Shown: piece by piece, positions 34,716-37,853 of the stretch | How the letters are laid out: each line of letters starts with the position of its first letter | How positions within the stretch are numbered: position 1 is the stretch's first letter | IMG/VR virus record: IMGVR_UViG_3300040815_000349 | Coordinates: 1 to 37,853 of that record | Strand: one strand, 5' to 3' | DNA from: a virus | Lineage: Duplodnaviria > Caudoviricetes | DNA: 37,853 nt | The notes under the pieces: model-generated | What the model was told of the DNA's origin: nothing | Databases searched by the model: none | What the model saw: only the letters and a program-made list of their open reading frames with translations | Translations under genes and position numbers: made by a program

Positions 34716-35277
34716 AGACATGGAAGGGGCGCTACTGGTTCCCGTAGAAATGCAAGGTGTCCCTGAAGATACCTACTCCAACATCCCCGAAGAAGACATG
34801 CAGGATGTTATGAATTCGCAGTTGCCTGACGACGAAATGGAAGATGATTTTGTCGAGTTTGTTTTGGGCGAAAGCCTTGAAGAATCCGAAATGGATTATT
34901 TGATGGATGCTCTTGAGGCTGATGATCGCCTAAGCATTATCTTCGACAAAGTAATCTTAGCCTCGTCAGAGTTTTCTGGCGCTGGCAAAGTAGAAGGCCC
35001 TGGAGATGGAACGTCCGACTCCATTCCCGCACGGCTTTCGGACGGTGAATTTGTATTCACCAAAAAAGCTACCGATCAAATTGGTGCCGATAATCTGCAA
35101 ACTATGATGGATGACGCAGAGCGGGCCTATGATGGTGGTTTGATGCGTAAGGCTATTGGTGGTGTTGTTAACGACCCGACGCAAGATTCTGGTTCTCAAA
35201 TGGGTGAAATGTCCGAAGAAGAACTCAAGAAACAGATGTTGGCCGCTAACCGCATGCCGAGCCTAATGACCCGATAA
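34708..35277 (+). CDS. Acidic virion-module protein with GTSDSIPARLSDGEFV motif
   Basis: 189 aa; AAGGA RBS. Confidence 0.7.
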   Translation: MVKDMEGALLVPVEMQGVPEDTYSNIPEEDMQDVMNSQLPDDEMEDDFVEFVLGESLEESEMDYLMDALEADDRLSIIFDKVILASSEFSGAGKVEGPGDGTSDSIPARLSDGEFVFTKKATDQIGADNLQTMMDDAERAYDGGLMRKAIGGVVNDPTQDSGSQMGEMSEEELKKQMLAANRMPSLMTR

Positions 35278-35406
35278 GGCCACGGAGTAATCCCCCCTTA
35301 TCACTTAAAATTTAATTGACCTTGAGGCCACCTTGTAAGTTCAAGCCCTGTGTTAGAAACGCGACTAATACGGCTACCTTGAAGACAAAACAAGCCCCAA
35401 AAGGAG
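35273..35406 (+). promoter_or_regulatory. Candidate cis-regulatory structured RNA in the scaffold gene leader
   Basis: Three GGCYAC-stem-loop-CCC units followed by the AAGGAG RBS. Confidence 0.65.
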
Positions 35407-35411
35407 AGTGA

Positions 35412-36263
35412 ATGATGACCGAAGTAGAGGAGCGTAAAGCTAATCCGTACAACGCCCGTAAAGAATGGCATACGCCTGACCGACCGGCACAAGCAAGTGC
35501 GGATTCCCTGTTCTTTGAAACCGAGGCCACTCAAGAAGAAGCTGAAGAAGCTTCTGAGACCCCTCAAACCAAACAAGAACAGCGACCACGCGCCAATTAT
35601 AAGAAGCGATACGACGATCTCAAAAAGCATTACGACGATAAGATTGCTGAATTTAAACAACGCGAACAGGAACTTCTAGCTCAAGCGCAATCGGCACAAC
35701 CTCAATACCAGCCGCCTCGCAGCGCCGAAGACCTAGCAGAGTTTAAATCCAAATATCCTGACTTGTATGAAACGGTGGAAACCGTAGCGCACATGCGCAG
35801 CCAAGAGCAAGTGAACGCCCTTCAACAAAAGCTCCAAGCAATTGAAGCGCGTGAATCAGAACTTGCACGACGCGATGCAGAAGCAAAGCTACGCGACCGC
35901 CACCCGGATTTTGAGGACATTCGCGGCGACGAAAGGTTTCATGGATGGGCCAAAGAACAACCTGAAGAAATTCAGCGTTGGATTTATAACAACCCAGACA
36001 ATGTTACCCTTGCAAGCCGTGCTATCGATCTTTATAAGATGGAGAATGGTCTAAACATTAATGCTCCGAAGCCTAAGTCGAATCGTTCACAATCTGCCAA
36101 GTCTTCTGCTGCAGATTTTGTTTCGACTAAAACTACGAACGTTGATGCAAAACAACAGAAGGTTTGGACCCAGCGGGAAATTGCTGCTCTGTCCATTGAC
36201 GATTACGATAAGTATGAGCAAGAGATTGATCTTGCTATTCGTGAAGGCAGGGTGGCTCCTTAA
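35412..36263 (+). CDS. Capsid scaffolding protein
   Basis: Acidic coiled coil with YKKRYDDL and HPDF...F..W, ending IDLAIREGRV; directly precedes the capsid gene. Confidence 0.85.
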   Translation: MMTEVEERKANPYNARKEWHTPDRPAQASADSLFFETEATQEEAEEASETPQTKQEQRPRANYKKRYDDLKKHYDDKIAEFKQREQELLAQAQSAQPQYQPPRSAEDLAEFKSKYPDLYETVETVAHMRSQEQVNALQQKLQAIEARESELARRDAEAKLRDRHPDFEDIRGDERFHGWAKEQPEEIQRWIYNNPDNVTLASRAIDLYKMENGLNINAPKPKSNRSQSAKSSAADFVSTKTTNVDAKQQKVWTQREIAALSIDDYDKYEQEIDLAIREGRVAP

Positions 36264-36296
36264 CACACCTTTTGTCTTTATTTTTAGGAGTCTATC

Positions 36297-37280
36297 ATGG
36301 CTTATAACGTTTCTGACCAATACTTTGAACCGGCTACCGATACCGATGCGAACTTTGCAAACTCGGTCTCGGGTCAGACCAACTCTTTCTTCCTGCCTGC
36401 CGTTTACAGCAAGAAGGTTCTTAACTTCTTCCGTAAGGCATCCGTTGCTGAAGCAATCACCAACACGGACTATGCAGGGGAAATCACGGCTTTCGGTGAC
36501 AGCGTTCGCATCATCAAAGAGCCGACGATCACCGTGTACCAGTACGAGCGTGGCCAAGACGTAACCCAGACCAAGCTCACCGACCAAGAGATCACTCTGG
36601 TTGTTGACACGGCAAACGCCTTCAAGTTCATCGTGGACGACATCGAAACCTCCATGTCCCATGTGAACTTCAAGGAAGTGGCTTCTAGCTCCGCTGCTTA
36701 CGCTCTGCGTGATGCATTCGACGCTGGCGTCATTGCCAAGATGCAGTCTGGTCTTGCGGCTTCTGCTCCCGACCACACCCTGGGTGCTGACAGCGCTACG
36801 GCTCTGGCCTCCGGTGCCTACGACGGCGCTGGCGCTATCGACCTGGGCGTTGGTGAAACCGACCCGCTGGATGTCCTTGCCCGCATGGCTCGCCTCCTCG
36901 ACGCACAGAACGTGCCGGAAGAAGGTCGCTGGGTTGTTGCTTCCCCGGACTTCTACGAGCAGCTTTCGCAAAGCTCCTCCAAGCTCCTGTCCGTGGACTA
37001 CAACGCTGGTCAAGGCTCCATCCGCAACGGTCTCGTTAGCTCCGGCAAGCTCCGTGGCTTCAGCATGTACAAGTCCAACAACCTGCCTGCTACCAGCAAC
37101 GCAACGGGCTTCCTCATGGCTGGTCACATCAGCGCCGTGGCTACGGCTCAGACCATCACCAGCACCGAAGTCATCCGCGATCCGTCCAGCTTTGGCGACA
37201 TCGTGCGTGGCCTTCATGTGTACGGTGCCAAGGTGCTTCGGCCCGAGGCTCTGATCGGTGGTTACTACGTCATCGACTAA
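36297..37280 (+). CDS. Major capsid protein
   Basis: 327 aa; FLPAVYSKKVL, TDYAGEI..FGDSVRI, FGDIVRGLHVYG; strong high-expression codon bias; AGGAG RBS. Confidence 0.92.
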   Translation: MAYNVSDQYFEPATDTDANFANSVSGQTNSFFLPAVYSKKVLNFFRKASVAEAITNTDYAGEITAFGDSVRIIKEPTITVYQYERGQDVTQTKLTDQEITLVVDTANAFKFIVDDIETSMSHVNFKEVASSSAAYALRDAFDAGVIAKMQSGLAASAPDHTLGADSATALASGAYDGAGAIDLGVGETDPLDVLARMARLLDAQNVPEEGRWVVASPDFYEQLSQSSSKLLSVDYNAGQGSIRNGLVSSGKLRGFSMYKSNNLPATSNATGFLMAGHISAVATAQTITSTEVIRDPSSFGDIVRGLHVYGAKVLRPEALIGGYYVID

Positions 37281-37295
37281 AAACTAGCACTAGTT

Positions 37296-37325
37296 CTCTG
37301 GGGGCTTAACGGCCCCCGGAGTTTT
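37296..37325 (+). terminator. Rho-independent terminator after the capsid gene
   Basis: CTCTGGGGGC-TTAACG-GCCCCCGGAG followed by TTTT. Confidence 0.8.
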
Positions 37326-37339
37326 AAGTAGAGGTAATT

Positions 37340-37483
37340 ATGCTAGTAGGAACTCCAAACAAACCGTTTAGACTTAAGGTCCGAGATAAGCAAGTAGGCA
37401 AACCGCCTCGTGGTGATGCCGAAAAGTATGCTGAAGGCTGGGACCGAATCTTTGGAGCTAAAAAAGATGATGTACAAAAATAA
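37340..37483 (+). CDS. 47-aa hypothetical protein (not in the ORF track)
   Basis: GAGGT RBS; MLVGTPNKPF...KYAEGWDRIFGAKKDDVQK. Confidence 0.65.
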   Translation: MLVGTPNKPFRLKVRDKQVGKPPRGDAEKYAEGWDRIFGAKKDDVQK

Positions 37484-37601
37484 AAAGAAAGGCATGATGT
37501 GTGGTGGCAAAGCCCACCGTGCCAAGAAAGCTATGGGCGGCATGATGAAAGGCTCGCAGCCCGAATACAAAGAAGTTATGCCCAAGTGCATGCCTAACTA
37601 G
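37467..37601 (+). CDS. 44-aa basic Met/Lys/Gly-rich peptide
   Basis: GGAG RBS; MMYKNKKKGMMCGGKAHRAKKAMGGMM... Confidence 0.6.
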   Translation: MMYKNKKKGMMCGGKAHRAKKAMGGMMKGSQPEYKEVMPKCMPN

Positions 37602-37609
37602 AGATCATT

Positions 37610-37853
37610 ATGGCCGCTACCTATCTGCAACTAACCAATGAATTGCTTCGGGAGTTGAACGAAGTCTCGTTGACTTCTGCAACTTTTACGGGCGCCATTG
37701 GCATTCAACAACACGTTAAGGACTGCGTTAATCGCGCTTACCTTGACATTGTTAACGAAGAGCCTCAGTGGCCCTTTTTGGCCGTTGCAGCTAGCGGCGA
37801 TACCGATCCTTATTATGGTAATGTTTACGTTGAAACTACGGCTGGTACCCGCT
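37610..37853 (+). CDS. Head-tail adaptor / tail tubular protein A-like, 3' truncated
   Basis: MAATYLQLTNELLRELNEV...VNRAYLDI...QWPFL; open to the window end. Confidence 0.7.
   Translation, partial: MAATYLQLTNELLRELNEVSLTSATFTGAIGIQQHVKDCVNRAYLDIVNEEPQWPFLAVAASGDTDPYYGNVYVETTAGTR

Noticed and set aside
36087-37217. 376-aa antisense ORF opposite the capsid gene
   Set aside because: Shadow ORF expected from the strong codon bias of the capsid gene; the translation is not protein-like.
1-37853. tRNA, integrase, phage RNA polymerase or stop-codon reassignment
   Set aside because: None recognised; genes tile densely in the standard code using all three stop codons. A tRNAscan run would be needed to exclude tRNAs formally.

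Overview
Most of the genome of a lytic, T7-related (podovirus-type) dsDNA phage with two oppositely transcribed arms, a layout resembling marine SIO1/cobavirus-type (Zobellviridae-like) phages. This assignment is inferred from gene content, not from a search. The + strand carries virion genes: ejection/internal proteins, a LysM multidomain protein, lysozyme and small basic proteins (1-12399), and terminase, portal, scaffold, major capsid and adaptor (30166-end). The - strand (about 29351 down to 11979) carries early and replication genes: HhH and DenV-like glycosylases, DUF932, DUF3310, MazG, SSB, primase-helicase, PolA, ThyX, GIY-YIG and Cas4-like nucleases, endonuclease I and a class II B12 ribonucleotide reductase. 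No RNA polymerase, integrase, tRNA or CRISPR array was seen. The least explained signals are: a dense array of about 18 short hairpins, many with GAA/GTA triloops, at 28.8-29.9 kb that runs into a coding sequence; a triplicated RNA hairpin motif before the scaffold gene; a duplicated early promoter with a conserved downstream element; back-to-back sigma70 promoters with a leaderless terS; an ART-like + LysM + DxYDF multidomain virion protein; a strictly 11-residue-periodic Gln/Asn-rich protein; and a hidden antisense membrane gene that exactly fills the gap in a split basic-protein gene.
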